Shown: piece after piece, positions 13,368 to 25,589 of the stretch
Numbering within the stretch: position 1 is the first letter of the stretch
How the letters are laid out: each line of letters begins with the position of its first letter
Source: Calcarisporiella thermophila CBS 279.70
Lineage: Eukaryota > Fungi > Calcarisporiellomycota
Assembly: GCF_041956535.1 (NCBI RefSeq)
Contig: NW_027192205.1
Location: 532,877 to 596,876, forward strand
Length of the DNA stretch: 64,000 bases
Direction of reading: 5' to 3'
Notes under the pieces: generated by a model
Database searches by the model: none
The model's input: only the letters and a program-made list of their open reading frames with translations
What the model was told of the DNA's origin: nothing
Translations under genes and position numbers: made by a program

Positions 13368-14220
13368 ATCATATGGACAAATTATATCACTTGATGCAAA
13401 CTCGGAATGGCTGCGCTTTTCCGCGCCATTGGTTGCCGCTGTGGGGAAAGTGATCATTACTATCTGCCCTTTAAGATATTTTTTTTTTGCAATTATCGCG
13501 TTGGAATTTTATCAATGTGCTGCGCCATACAATGCGAGTCCAATATTCTAGTATTCCTTTATTCTCTCTTACAGTTTATCCCAGTAACGAACCTCCGAGG
13601 AAAGGCTTATGCAATGTCCTCAGTGATCCGAGGGGAGAATAAACAGCTACCTTGCAATAGCCTTTTCGCTCTAGCTTTTTTCAAATATAGGATTCGCAAC
13701 TTAAACACTGCCGTTCATACCTGCGTCATAAATCTAAGCCACCAAGCCATATATTCTTTTTGCACACTCTGGTTCCTAACCTCTAACTAGTTCTCAATTC
13801 TCAAGACAAATATAGCAAACTGTCGCTTCTCTTATTCATCATCTTTGCCAAAATAAACAAAGCAAGAAGGTTTGTTACCTCTTTGTGCTTTCTTGGTGAT
13901 GACCTCGGTGATGGATCCCGTGCAATTTCATCAAAACTTAAAGTTTTTTTTTTCCCTCTCTTTCTTTTTTCATAAAGGGCGTATAGGAGATTTTTTTAAT
14001 CTGCGTGTCTATACACACTTTGCCTATGTATTCGGGAAGTTTATCCCGGACTATCATCAGGATTAATTGGTCTCAATCTTAATTGATTTATATCCGTTTT
14101 ATACAATTGTGGGTAGCCATAATCTCATCTACATTAATTCCCGTTTCTCAAGATGACATAACATTGGACTGATCAATGGGTATTTCCTATTTGTGTCATC
14201 TTCCCCTCATTTAGCTTCCA

Positions 14221-16806
14221 ATGCCGTCAACATTGTCGGCTAAATCCTCCGCTCCGCCAGCGCCGACGGTCTCTGCTGGCCAAACCCACATATCAGCTGC
14301 CAATGGTACCAGCGATGCGGATCTGAATTCCCTCCAGAATGGACATCACCCCACAGCAAAGACAAAGTCACGGATTGCAAATCCTCCTGTGCCCGTATCG
14401 ATGGGAGCAGGTGCTCGCAATATGGCCAAACCAAAAACACGGCAGAAGCAAGCAGGATGTGATGCCAATATTCCACTAACGGAATTGCGAGATGCGATGG
14501 AGGGTTCTAAATTAGAGAAGCATTTAGGAAGAGAGGCCCAGGTGGAATTTGATGAATTGACACCCGAGGCTGTGCAGGAGTACATCGCGTCCTTGCTAAG
14601 CGAAGATATGATAGCGCAATGCAATAACGACGATCCCAACACCAACACCGGTGAAAGGGATGGGATAAATAATGAGATAATAGGGAATGGAGTAGGAGTA
14701 GGGGTTGCAGATTTCTCACAGCCATCAAAACTGTTAGACTCTGTGAGCAATTTTTTGAAATTCGTATCACAGCAGCAACAGCAACAGCAACAAGACCAGC
14801 CAGCCGCTACTTTAATCACCAGCTCCGCTGCCGCTACAGCAACTAAGACAGATCTGAAAAATGGAACCGCCACAGATATCAGCACAAGGGACTGGTCTGA
14901 CAATAACACAGAAAGAAATTCAAGTAGATTAGAAGAGGAGCCGGTGCGAGAGGCATTAGCGACAGACAGGAGCAGCAGAGCGACGCAGTCGCCTCCCCCC
15001 ATCAATTGGCCAACGGGCACAGGAGGAACTGCGCCCCTGATTGATCTCTCCATCTTCAACCCCTCCAACGTTTCATTCGCAGCTCCACAGCTCTTCACCT
15101 CCTCTGCTTCCTCCTCCGCCTCTATCTATGGCCCCTCAACATCTAATTCACTCTCCAGCAAGTACGTGCTTCCACTGGATCTCTCGCCGGACTCGATCCT
15201 TATCCTGCCTCCCAAGGACAATGCGCCTATTACTGCGCGAAGACTCGCACGACCGGTAAGTCGGCTATCAAGAGGTAAAAAGAGCGAGGAGGTCTCAACA
15301 GAAGAGGGTGAAAGGCGGGAGGAGAATCGAGAAGGCGGAGAAAAGGAGACTGTAGCCATAGCTCAGGTGCCGATCGTGTCGGCCTCGTCCTTTGCCAGCT
15401 CGGCCGCGAAGGGAGATTTGGAGGATCCTCTGCACACTCTCACCTCGAAATTGAATGCGTTCCATATTGGAGCCTATCACATGCGTGGGGACGCGTTCAA
15501 CGAGGATGAGGATGAGGAGGACGAGGAGGACGAGGAGGATCTAGGCAGCATGGGAGTAGAGGATGTGGACGAGTGTGACTATAACGAATACGCAGAATTT
15601 GCCGTGCTCTCTGACGGAGAAGGGTTCGCCGACGGAGGTGGCGCCAAGAAAAAGAAGCGGAAGGCCGTGTGTGGTGGGCAGACTACCACCGCTGCTGTTA
15701 CCACTTTATCTGTGGGAGCGATGTCGAGTTCAAGCCTTGGGGGTGTCAATGGCTTCAGACACGGTGTGTGTCGCCAGAGTCTTCACACCAAGCAGCGTAA
15801 GGAAAGGCGAGGGGGCTGCCCCACCCTTACAAAGCCGATGCCCCCTCCTTTCCACGCTGCGTCCCCCGTGGCCAAGGTTACCTCCGATTTGGCCAATTGT
15901 GAAATTGCTTCTCGCCCTCCTCAAGGTGAATTTGAATTTGAATGTAAACACATTGTGGACGAAGAGTTCCGCAAGCTAGCTGCTCGTGCAACGAGCAAGA
16001 TGCTCACAACGCCCTCCTCCTCGGGGCCCCCATCACAACCACCACCTCCTCCCCCCCCTCCTCCTCCCACATCCCCGCCCGCCCTTGACTCCGTGACCAA
16101 TGGCCCCTCTACTTCTCCCCACGCCATGCCCACCGCAAAGCCGTCACGTACTCGCAATTTACCGCCTACCAATTCAAAAAACACGAATCCAGCCCTGGTT
16201 TCGGTACCGACAACAAAACGCGCAGGAGGAAGGAAGAAGCTACCCAATAAATCTCATGGGAAGCCATCGCGTGCTGCGGTGTCATCGGCATCCTCGGCGA
16301 GTGGAGAGCAGGCCGAGCAACAGGGAAGACGACGTCAAACGCGGCTCCGAGGGCGTGGGACAGATACCGGAGACGGTGGCGGGGGTAGATGGGTGTGCTG
16401 GTTTTGTGAGTATGACTTGTATTGGGGCGACGGGCATCGCCGCCGAATGATGCGCGAACGAAATCGCCATCGACGCAGCAGTGGAAGGTATCACCAAAAC
16501 AGCAGAGGTCATATCGAGGAGCCCGACGAAGAAGAGGACGATATTGTGGTGGAGGAGGAAGAAGAGGAGGAGATCTATGAAAGTGATCTGCGGGAGGCCT
16601 ACCTTGACGAGGGGGTGACGGACGGCAGGAGAAGCTATGCCGACGACGGATCCAGCTGTGCTCACAAGTGCCACCACCTTGACCATCACTATTCCCACGG
16701 ACACCACTCTGTTCAATCGCTGCATTGCGGTAAGACCGCTGGCGATGGGAGACGAGAGTTTGCTGGAGGTAGAAGAGTTAAGCCCGCAAATGTGTCGGGG
16801 CAGTAA
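14221..16806 (+). CDS. 861-aa low-complexity protein with a C-terminal CxFCEYxxxxG motif (Ibd2-like)
   Basis: Long uninterrupted ORF with polyQ, acidic and polyP tracts. GEFEFE and WVCWFCEYDLYWG resemble my recollection of the conserved fungal Ibd2 blocks; the CDS is well supported, the family less so. Confidence 0.6.
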   Translation: MPSTLSAKSSAPPAPTVSAGQTHISAANGTSDADLNSLQNGHHPTAKTKSRIANPPVPVSMGAGARNMAKPKTRQKQAGCDANIPLTELRDAMEGSKLEKHLGREAQVEFDELTPEAVQEYIASLLSEDMIAQCNNDDPNTNTGERDGINNEIIGNGVGVGVADFSQPSKLLDSVSNFLKFVSQQQQQQQQDQPAATLITSSAAATATKTDLKNGTATDISTRDWSDNNTERNSSRLEEEPVREALATDRSSRATQSPPPINWPTGTGGTAPLIDLSIFNPSNVSFAAPQLFTSSASSSASIYGPSTSNSLSSKYVLPLDLSPDSILILPPKDNAPITARRLARPVSRLSRGKKSEEVSTEEGERREENREGGEKETVAIAQVPIVSASSFASSAAKGDLEDPLHTLTSKLNAFHIGAYHMRGDAFNEDEDEEDEEDEEDLGSMGVEDVDECDYNEYAEFAVLSDGEGFADGGGAKKKKRKAVCGGQTTTAAVTTLSVGAMSSSSLGGVNGFRHGVCRQSLHTKQRKERRGGCPTLTKPMPPPFHAASPVAKVTSDLANCEIASRPPQGEFEFECKHIVDEEFRKLAARATSKMLTTPSSSGPPSQPPPPPPPPPPTSPPALDSVTNGPSTSPHAMPTAKPSRTRNLPPTNSKNTNPALVSVPTTKRAGGRKKLPNKSHGKPSRAAVSSASSASGEQAEQQGRRRQTRLRGRGTDTGDGGGGRWVCWFCEYDLYWGDGHRRRMMRERNRHRRSSGRYHQNSRGHIEEPDEEEDDIVVEEEEEEEIYESDLREAYLDEGVTDGRRSYADDGSSCAHKCHHLDHHYSHGHHSVQSLHCGKTAGDGRREFAGGRRVKPANVSGQ
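14770..14793 (+). repeat. CAG/CAA coding microsatellite (polyQ)
   Basis: cagcagcaacagcaacagcaacaa encodes Q8. Confidence 0.8.
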
Positions 16807-17827
16807 TTCCCTCTTTTCTTTTTTTTTTCGGACTTTTTATGGGTGTATAGAACCGTTTCTTTTTTTTCTGATTCGCTTTTGAACTCTATATATTTTCCCT
16901 ATATATTTCTTATTCTTTTTATGCCCTTATTACCTCCCTTGCTGTAGAGGATATATTGATGCCTCTTTATTTTGAAATCTGAAATTCTTATCTTTTGTTT
17001 TTTTTTTTTTGTAAATAGAACACGGATGGATTGAATCAGAAAGAAACGTGGCGAGCCGCTAGGCATTTGAGAAAGTCCAATCCATAATAAAAACACGAAA
17101 TGAATTATCTACACCGAGGCTGGAAGTAGCTAATTCACGGCCGAGCTGTAGGAGTAACAGACTCTCGACTCCATTGGATGGCCCCATTCTGCCAATCTTT
17201 TGGGGAGACTTGGCAGCAATTAACCCATCCTTATGACTCGACAATAAGTCCCAAATTAGCCCAATCAGAATCTCGGTTGCTGCCATTTAACCTCACACAG
17301 ACATTTCTAGCATCGGCCAACAAAGTGGGCCCGCCTTTTCCAATTCAACCCCAACACTCAAACCCTCTCCGGCCTATACCTCCACCAGAGACTTCCATCG
17401 TGACCTGGATATCTTTAAGGAGTGGCCTCGACTCAGCATCCTCCCGAGATGCAGCTCCTGAAGGGATTAAGACCAACGAAATGGTGCTGGGTCCCCTCTA
17501 TCAAGCTATGCACATGTGGTTGCTTTCCCCTAGAACGGCGCTAAGATGAACGTGCGGCAAAGAAAGGGAAAGAAGGAATATGGACGTGTGAGGGCCTCTA
17601 CCAAACTAGAGGGTGCTCTGCGCCTCTAACATTAGCCAGCTCCGGTGTCGAAACTTTGTTGAGCTCAATCTAGTAGAGGCATGACCTGATTTGCACTCCG
17701 CACTACCCATTTTATTTCTCTAGCGCTACAGCCTGAATTCTGCTTTTTTTATCTCCCTTCTTATTCTATCACGTCTGCCCTCCTTCTTATGTTTTAATGA
17801 GCATAGCCGGCTTCGCTTAGCAAAGGA

Positions 17828-18945
17828 ATGCAGTTCCTCATCCCGAGCAGCTTCCATCAACAAGTACGCACCCTTCTCTCCTCGCTCTCTGCCACTGTTT
17901 TGCCAGAGCCGCAACCTCGAGCGGCCTCTGAGGATGCACTGAAGAACATTGATCCGTTGAAGGGTCTGAACTGGCCGGTTATCAGCGAATTCACTGCACC
18001 ACGATTCCCAATAGTCTTATGCCATGGTAAGTACTTCACCCATACCATGCACATCAATATTTAGCTTTTCATTAACTGGCAATGTCTCTTTCAGGGCTCT
18101 ATGGATTCGATAAATTGGGGCCCGATTCCATTCCACTGCTCCAAATTGAATATTGGCAGGGTATCCGCGATGCGCTTGCCAAACTCGGTGCACGCGTTGT
18201 CTTTGCCAGGGTTCCTAGTACGGGCTCCATCCGCGAACGCGCTCTCGCCCTCCGCCGCTTTCTGGAAACTTCCCTGCCAAATCAAGAGATAAACCTTGTA
18301 GGCCATTCGATGGGTGGGCTGGACGCGAGATACTTAATCACACACCTCCCTTCCGATGTATATACCATTCGATCGCTTACTACCATCAGCACGCCACATA
18401 GAGGCTCGTTCTTCATGGATTGGTGCCGGGACAATCTTGGTCTCGGGCGCATTGGGCTAAACGATGAAACAGCCGTCTCATCCCCCCCATTGACTGCCGC
18501 AGAGCCCTCGAGTATGGCAGCAACTCCGGTCCCATCCTCTCCCAGCTTTTTCCCTTTTACTTCTAATCCCCTCTTGATGAGGCTAACACGAGCTCTTGAC
18601 GCTCCGGCTTACGCCAATTTGACCACCGATTTCTGCACACGCATTTTCAATCCAAACACGCCTGACTCGCCCAACATTGCCTACTACTCCTACGGCGCCG
18701 TGACCTCTGCCCCCGCCTCTCCTCTACTAATGCTGCCGCACCGCATTGTGACCGAGAAGGATGGGCCTAACGATGGGCTGGTGAGTGTGAGAAGTGCCCG
18801 GTGGGGAAGATACCTGGGGACGCTGCAGGAATGCGACCACTGGGAGCTCAACAAGAGGAAGCGGCGCAAAGGAGAGAGGGGAAAATGGGATGTCGGGGAG
18901 TTTTATGTAAAAATGGCCACTGTATTGTATTTGGAAGGATTTTGA
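17828..18945 (+). CDS. TGL2: Triacylglycerol lipase, Tgl2-like alpha/beta hydrolase; 2 exons (intron about 18027-18094)
   Basis: PIVLCHG|LYGFD across a GT-AG intron; GHSMGG nucleophile elbow; TPHRGS; NDGLV; CDH catalytic His. Confidence 0.85.
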
Positions 18946-19542
18946 GCAAGATATCCCCTCCTTTTTGACGATTCACTTTTTTTTTCAGTCTTGGCGCATC
19001 GACACTGACGCTTTTTATTTTGTCTACTTTATTCGAATTTGTCCTTTGCTTTTTGTTTTCGCTTCTACTGTTTTATTTTTTTTTTTTTGTTTTATTTTCA
19101 TATCTTGCTGCCTAGGCATAATATCTATCAATGTTGTTATATAAAGTTTTGACCGGATTTTTCCGGCTTTCATGTCGAGAGAACGCGTATTCGCAATTCT
19201 TAACATGGCTTTGCCCACGAATGGAAAAGTGTGTTGTCATTAAATAGCTCACATCCCTGTAGACACATTGTAAAAGGCCATTTCCCATAACGTTTTAACA
19301 AAAACTTCAAGGACGTAGAAAATTTGCTTTTCTTAGGGTAGAAGGAGATAGTGATATCCACAAATTAGAAAAGATGAGGTAATACCTAGAACTGACAAAG
19401 GGAACAACAGATCCAATTTAAAATAGAAATAAAAATAAAAAAAAATGAATGGGTGATATAAAAAATAAGATGTTTCACCAGGCGTTAAAAGGAGAAGTAA
19501 ATATAAGACCGAATGCAGTATCGAATCTGGATAATCTAGTCA

Positions 19543-21369
19543 TCAAACACCCGCAGCCTGTACGGGTAATACTGCGAGATTTGTCCCCTCTCTATTTACA
19601 AGACAAATGTCCTTGCAGCATTCGTGGGTTTGGACCTCCAAACTTGACTCGCTGGCAGTGGTAGAAGATATATCCTCCGCGAAATATTCCTCGGGTTCCT
19701 CCGTCATGATCGTCTGCTCCTTACGATCCACATTTGCCCTCTTAGAGCCATCTTTAGCAATGTTGCGAGACTTCGGGCCTATATTTAAACTATGGAACAT
19801 GGAGGACGAAGTCGGGGCAGAGCGTCTTAGAGATAATAAAAAACTACGAGGCAACCGTTGGTGCGAAAGTGGAGAAGTTGTTTCCGGATCGACAACCGGA
19901 GTGTTTCGAAAATGTCCTAACGAAAATTGACGTCGTGCGACAAGAGGTTCCCTCCCGAAAGTGTCTGAGGAATTGCTTAGGTGAGAAGACGACCGGATTG
20001 AGGGTAGGCTGCCCACCTCCACTTTTTTCTCATCAGATGGATGCGCAATCTTCTCCGGAGAAGTCCCAAGAGAGAAAATTTTTCGTGCCAAGCATCGTGT
20101 CTTTCCAGGACCGCCCCCGTACGAGCCATTTACCGCAAATACAGACGCAGAAGCCAAGTTTGGATGAAGTTGCTCCTGTGTTCTGCGGAAAAATGTCGTC
20201 CAGTGGGTATGATCGGCAGCGTCAAGAGCGCGAAAGGTAAAAGAGGCCTCTACTGGGGCTAGAATGTGAAGTGACCATGTGAGTTGGGCCTGATGGCTGG
20301 AGCCAGAGGGCCCGGCTTTTTGATCCTTTGGAGAAAGTGGCAGTTCGGAATTATATGTGAGAATAAATGGAATCGTGAGGTCTATGGTATCCAGCTGGTC
20401 GAGGTCCTAAAGCCCACCCGAATATGTTGAGTAAAATCAAGCTAGTTTGAATATAAGGATGCTTCTTACATTTTTACTGCGAGACCAGGTCATCCTCTCC
20501 CCACAAACCATTAGCCATCGCGGTTTCCATGCGTTCGCCTCTAGACGAGCATATCTATTTGATCTTGACTGCAGCACTGTTCCATAAGCAAAAAGGGAAT
20601 TTGGTAGCGAAACGCATGGCGTAGGAAGTTGGACGAAATATCGGCGATGCTGAAGTTGAAGAGTTTCCTGAGAGCAAAAAGCATTTTAGTGAACGATCAG
20701 AATAGAAGCCGCATGCTTTTCATTTACATCAGGCCCTAGATCGTAGGACTCTATACTCCTAGAATCATCTAGCCAATGTCCCTATGATATTGTGAACAAT
20801 AAATTTGCATTAGTCTTTCAATCCATGTTACAACCTCTGGTCGTCATACGTACAGCGTTCACCCAAAATAGGCCCCACTCTTTCCTCCAACACATGCACA
20901 CTTCTTCTTCTTCTCCCTCTCCTCCACAATTGATGCATCCCCCACCATCCTTCTCTTCCAAACTGGTTTTCGACACTTTGCTCAACGTTTTTAGCTTGGT
21001 TCGTCGCGCTTTAGTTCCCAAATTTTTCAGTTTCTTCTCACCGTCCCAAGCCTTTGTCATGGGAAGGAGATTCTTGGGAATTTGCCCCGATATTCCGATT
21101 GTTTGACGATAAGTGACCTTCATTGCGGAAAGGCTAGCATCTCGCGCCGATGCGACCGATTCGGTGGGATGGAGCGGAAGGTAGGCAATGTGGTTCCGTG
21201 CTACATAATGAACTTTATATTGCGGTAGATGGCATCGCGACATATCACTCCATGCATCAGGCAGGCGCTCATGCTTATCAGTGGAAATAGGGCTTGCACT
21301 AGAGGCAGGAAGTGAGGCGGTAGAGCGATGAGATAGATGGTTGGTACTAAAAAATTCGCGCGGCATCAT
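19543..21369 (-). CDS. Ubiquitin-like (FERM F0/talin-like) + PH domain protein; 4 exons (21369-20854, 20781-20728, 20667-20470, 20406-19543)
   Basis: Three phase-0 GT-AG introns join the ORF pieces: WGLFWVNA|GHWLDDSRSIESYDLGPD|ETLQLQHR...WKPRWLMVCGERMTW...FTFRALDAADHTHWTTFFRR. Confidence 0.7.
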
Positions 21370-21935
21370 TCTGTGCAGTTGTTATGACTGTTGTAGCTTG
21401 ATGGTTTACAAATGCCAGTGCGTTGGATTTCCAAAAATAAAGTTAAGCAATATGACTACAAGAAATTTCACAATAATATAAATAGGTCGAAATAACACAT
21501 ATCAAAACATGAGGGGAGCAAACGTAACGAGTGACAGCGCGAAAGAATGAAAATGATGCAGCGAGTGCAGAACGCTGTGTAGGCGAAAAGGAGGGAAAAG
21601 ACCTGCGTTCCTAAAAAAATGAATTAAATAACGAGGAGAACAAGATAGGAAGCCTCATTTGAATAACCGGTTCTGTGTTTTCATTTACCCCAATTGGGAA
21701 TAGCAGTCCTGGATCTGTTCACCCATGAGGAAAGCATGAGCTTCGATTTGCTTTGATCTATTTGAACTGGAACTCAAAAAAATGCGTTGGGTGTCATCAA
21801 ATTTATAATATTCGCTTTTGACGATAAAATACAAGAAAGAAGGAGAAAACGAATTATAATGCAGTGAAAGGGGAAGACAATAACCAAAAGTTCGTAAATT
21901 AGCACTTCAAATAGGACCTTATGTGGAGCCTTGTC

Positions 21936-24682
21936 TCAGACTCGTAGGGGAGGAAAGGTCCCTTCTGAATCGCCCATTCGGCCCATATCTCCACTGCCTC
22001 CCGCTCCACCTCCCGCTCCTCCCCCAGCGCCCCCTCCAAACCCAATCACTCCATCTCCACTACACTCTGGCTGGAAATGCAAGAGGGCCGTTCGTACGCG
22101 ATCTCTTACATCTTGATCCGCATCTCCAACCATCCCACGTAGCCTCTCCTCAAATCCCATTTGCTTCAGTCTCCGCACCCGCTCTTGCGAGCCATGCAAA
22201 ATTTTTGGCTTATGTTTGTCTTCAGGCCAGGTAAGATTGATAATACACCACACCGAGGTTACGCGCAACTGCACTTGCTCGTGGATCTACAAAATAACCA
22301 CCGGAAGATATTACAACTCGGTTGAAGGCGGGTTATACTAAGGAAAAATAATACTTACGAGGTATTTGTATAACCATTCCAGTATCCCCTCCCGCATCAC
22401 AGCGTTCTTGTGGCGCTGATCTCCGGTGGCCACTGCGGTGATCACATGGAGCGCCTGTAGTGCAATTCCCTCCCCCTCCCTCTCAGCTCCTTTCTCTGGA
22501 CCACTCTCTCCATTGACCTGCCCCAGCTTTCCCTCTACGATATTAATTAGCAAGTCCTCCCCTCCAAACCCACGTACCACTTCCTCCACATCCTCCTTCC
22601 TCGTGCATACCAAATTCCTCAACATTATCAGCGCATGCTCCTGCACTGCAAGATCCGGGTCGTTGATCAACGCCTCCAAAGAAGGATAGGTAAGAGCCTC
22701 CATCACCCGGCGCTTCACTGGCATTTCGGCCCGATATAACATATTTTGCAGAGCCCATACCGCATTTCTCCGCAGCACCCCATCCACCTCGCTCGGCTTC
22801 CTAGTCGTAATCAGCTCTACCAACTTTTCGATAGCTCCCGCTTCAAGAACCGCTTTTTTCATCGGCGAAAAGTCGAGCACAATATTGCAGAGGGTTGCAA
22901 CCGCTGTTGTTTGCACCTCCACCGAAGGATCGTTCATCAGTTGGAGTAGGGGCGTTGCGATTCCGGCCTCAAGGAGGGAAGTCCGTAGTTGCTTCACAGA
23001 GCGAGAAAGACTTCGTGCGCACTGACACGCAGCCGCACGAACATGTGGCGCTGAAGACTCTAGGGCACTGATGATGTGCGGCAGAACGTTAGCTTGAATA
23101 ACTTGCTTGCGACATTCTTCGCTGAGAGAACTGATTGCCGCTAATGCAAGCAGTGCATTCTATATACAAAATAGGAGAGAGGCGATGCAGCAAGGGAGAA
23201 GGGAAAAAAATCAAGCCAAAAATATATTTACGCTTTTGAGTCGGTTTGTCTGCTCAGCCGACGCATATATACTGGGCTCCTCACTGGAGTTAATAACAAT
23301 ATTCGATACTTTGGTGATGGCCTCCACATCTGTGGCAGCATTTTGAATCTCATTATTATCGCGCGCAAGATCCGCTGTTTGCAAGCATATTTCGGTTATA
23401 TTTTGAGCTTGATGGGGTATGAAAAGGAAAAGAAACGCGTACCCAACACCAGGAGTGTCTTCTCCTTCAAATCACCTTTTTCATCTAGCAAACCGACCAA
23501 GGTGGGCAGTACCACCAACGTTAAATCATTGTTGTATACACTGATAGCTTGGTCGCGCGATAGATTTGTTAAACTAGACATAAAAAATAGGCAAGCTTTA
23601 GGGCGAAATGCTAAGTCTTCGCCGAAAATCATTGGTTTACCAAGTTGCAGCAATCAGCCTCACCATAGGAGACTCATCGTGGACATATTTGAGTATGGTT
23701 GGCACAAGGGGCTCACCCGATGTGCCTTTTCAGGATACAGAAATGGGGGATAAATGAGGTTCCATCGGCTCTCAATAGCTTCACACTGTTAACTTACTCT
23801 TAAAACACGATAAATATGTCCCTAGCTCAGCATTATCTCTACTCAGACCCGCTAACGCCTTGAGAGCAGCCTCTTTCGCCTTGGCAACACCGCTATTCAA
23901 TAGCTGCACCAACCAACCCACTGCCAGATGTGCAACACGAATTTGGTTTTCAGGTGTCTCGCAGCTATGTGCAATCACTAAGGCAATGAACTGTGCTATC
24001 CGGAGGGTGAGAGCAAGGTGCGGAAGAGGATCAGAAGGGACTGCCAAATTTACGGGAGAAGGAGAAAGAAATGGGAGAGAGAGAAAGAAGATTAAATTAT
24101 CTATATGTTGATCCTGTTTTATTAGATAGCATTAGCATCGTGCTTGGTAATCGTTCAAGAAATGGAATATTAAATGTGGAGTAATTTGCAAAGCATATAT
24201 TCACCTCGAAAATCTTACACTCAGGGCACTGTCCCTCCTCCACCAATGCCTTTATAGCTCGGGTGGCTGCTTCGATAACCCGTAGACTATCTAGTGACAT
24301 GGCGTTTTCTAAACTCCGTTTTCTCCCCTCACTGATGCACTTTAGTAGTGCGGTAAGCCCACCGCGCTCCACAAGCTCATCCACAATCTTCCTGCCTCCG
24401 TGTGCAAGGCTTCCGAGAACAATGGCCAGCTGGATTTTAAGCTCTAGTGAGCTTGTGGTTTCCAGGAGGGCCACCAGCCTGCAAAAAAAAAACTCGTGTG
24501 ATTCAATGGATGGAAGAGAGAGTGAGTTTCAATTATTACCGAGGTATTAATCCACGTTGAACAAAAAATGCCTTTTTTGTCCGATCGCCAATAATTTGAT
24601 TCTTGAGCGTTCGCACGACGCCAAGGAGATCATCGTCGGCTGAGGCATTTAGCAGGCGCGAGCACAAATCGCTCTGGGTCAT
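21936..24682 (-). CDS. VID28: Armadillo-repeat protein ARMC8/Vid28 (Gid5, GID/CTLH E3 complex), multi-exon
   Basis: N-terminal LKNQIIGDRTKK; VRAAACQCARSLSRSVKQLRTSL; TLCNIVLDFSPMK; NAVWALQN; VWCIINLTW. Confidence 0.88.
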
Positions 24683-25589
24683 TGTACGTATAGTCTTGTT
24701 GAGTACCGGAGAAGCAGATTACGTATACGGTAGGATACAAAACTGGATGTGATTAAGCAGCAAAGGGATTAGGTACGATCATATCTCTGAGAATTTAATG
24801 TCAAAAAGTTTCAGCTAGGAAAGTTATCTCGAATAAAACGATTACAGAGTTCTCGGGCAGTGCCATTGGACGAGGGAGGTGATTGGATCTCGCAAAATGA
24901 GGAGGACCAGATTACGTCTGAAATTTCTCGTTGTAAGGTTTTGGACGGCTCTGAGAGCTGGCCGTGGAATATCGCGCTGCTTGTTGGATAGCGTCAATGA
25001 CTCGGCCACTCTTACCTGGCGCACTTTGGCAACGCGACGGCCGAGAAACGCTCCTAGCTTGCGACTAGTGTTTCAATCCGAAAATGGCAATCCATGCCGT
25101 CATTTTTAATTCGAATATGAAAGAGCCTTGCTCATCCCGCCCTAAGCATCCAACCCAACTCATCCTATTGCGATGCCGCGGGCCCCGAAAAAGAAGGGCA
25201 CGGAAGCTTCTTTCTGCCCTATTCCTTCTCTGTGGGAAATGAGCGGAGGTTAGGCGAAACGGAGTTCTAATAGGGAGATTGCCTTGCTAGACTATTTCGC
25301 CAGCACATCGTAAAGAGGAGGGGAGGCGAGCTAGTATTACGATCCTATGTTTATTGATAAAGTCCTTGAATTAATAAAGAAAATCTATTATGAGCGAAAA
25401 TTTACAATTCAATTTCCAAGATAAATTTATGTACTCTGCAAAGAAAATGACTTTAAAAAAAATAAATAGCAACAAAATAAGTTAAAGGGGGAAAAAAATG
25501 CAAAATAAAAAAACACAATAAAAAAATAGAAAGGGTAAACAAATATGTAAATGGGAATCTAAGCAATTAACAACAGGCATCGCCAACAA

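Noticed and set aside
17178-17549. 123-aa ORF upstream of the lipase
   Set aside because: No recognisable motif or splice link to the lipase; likely a chance ORF in promoter/UTR DNA
25009-25021. cttacctggc resembles the U1 snRNA 5' end
   Set aside because: No stem-loop I (GAUCANGAAG) or Sm site follows; better read as a minus-strand splice donor
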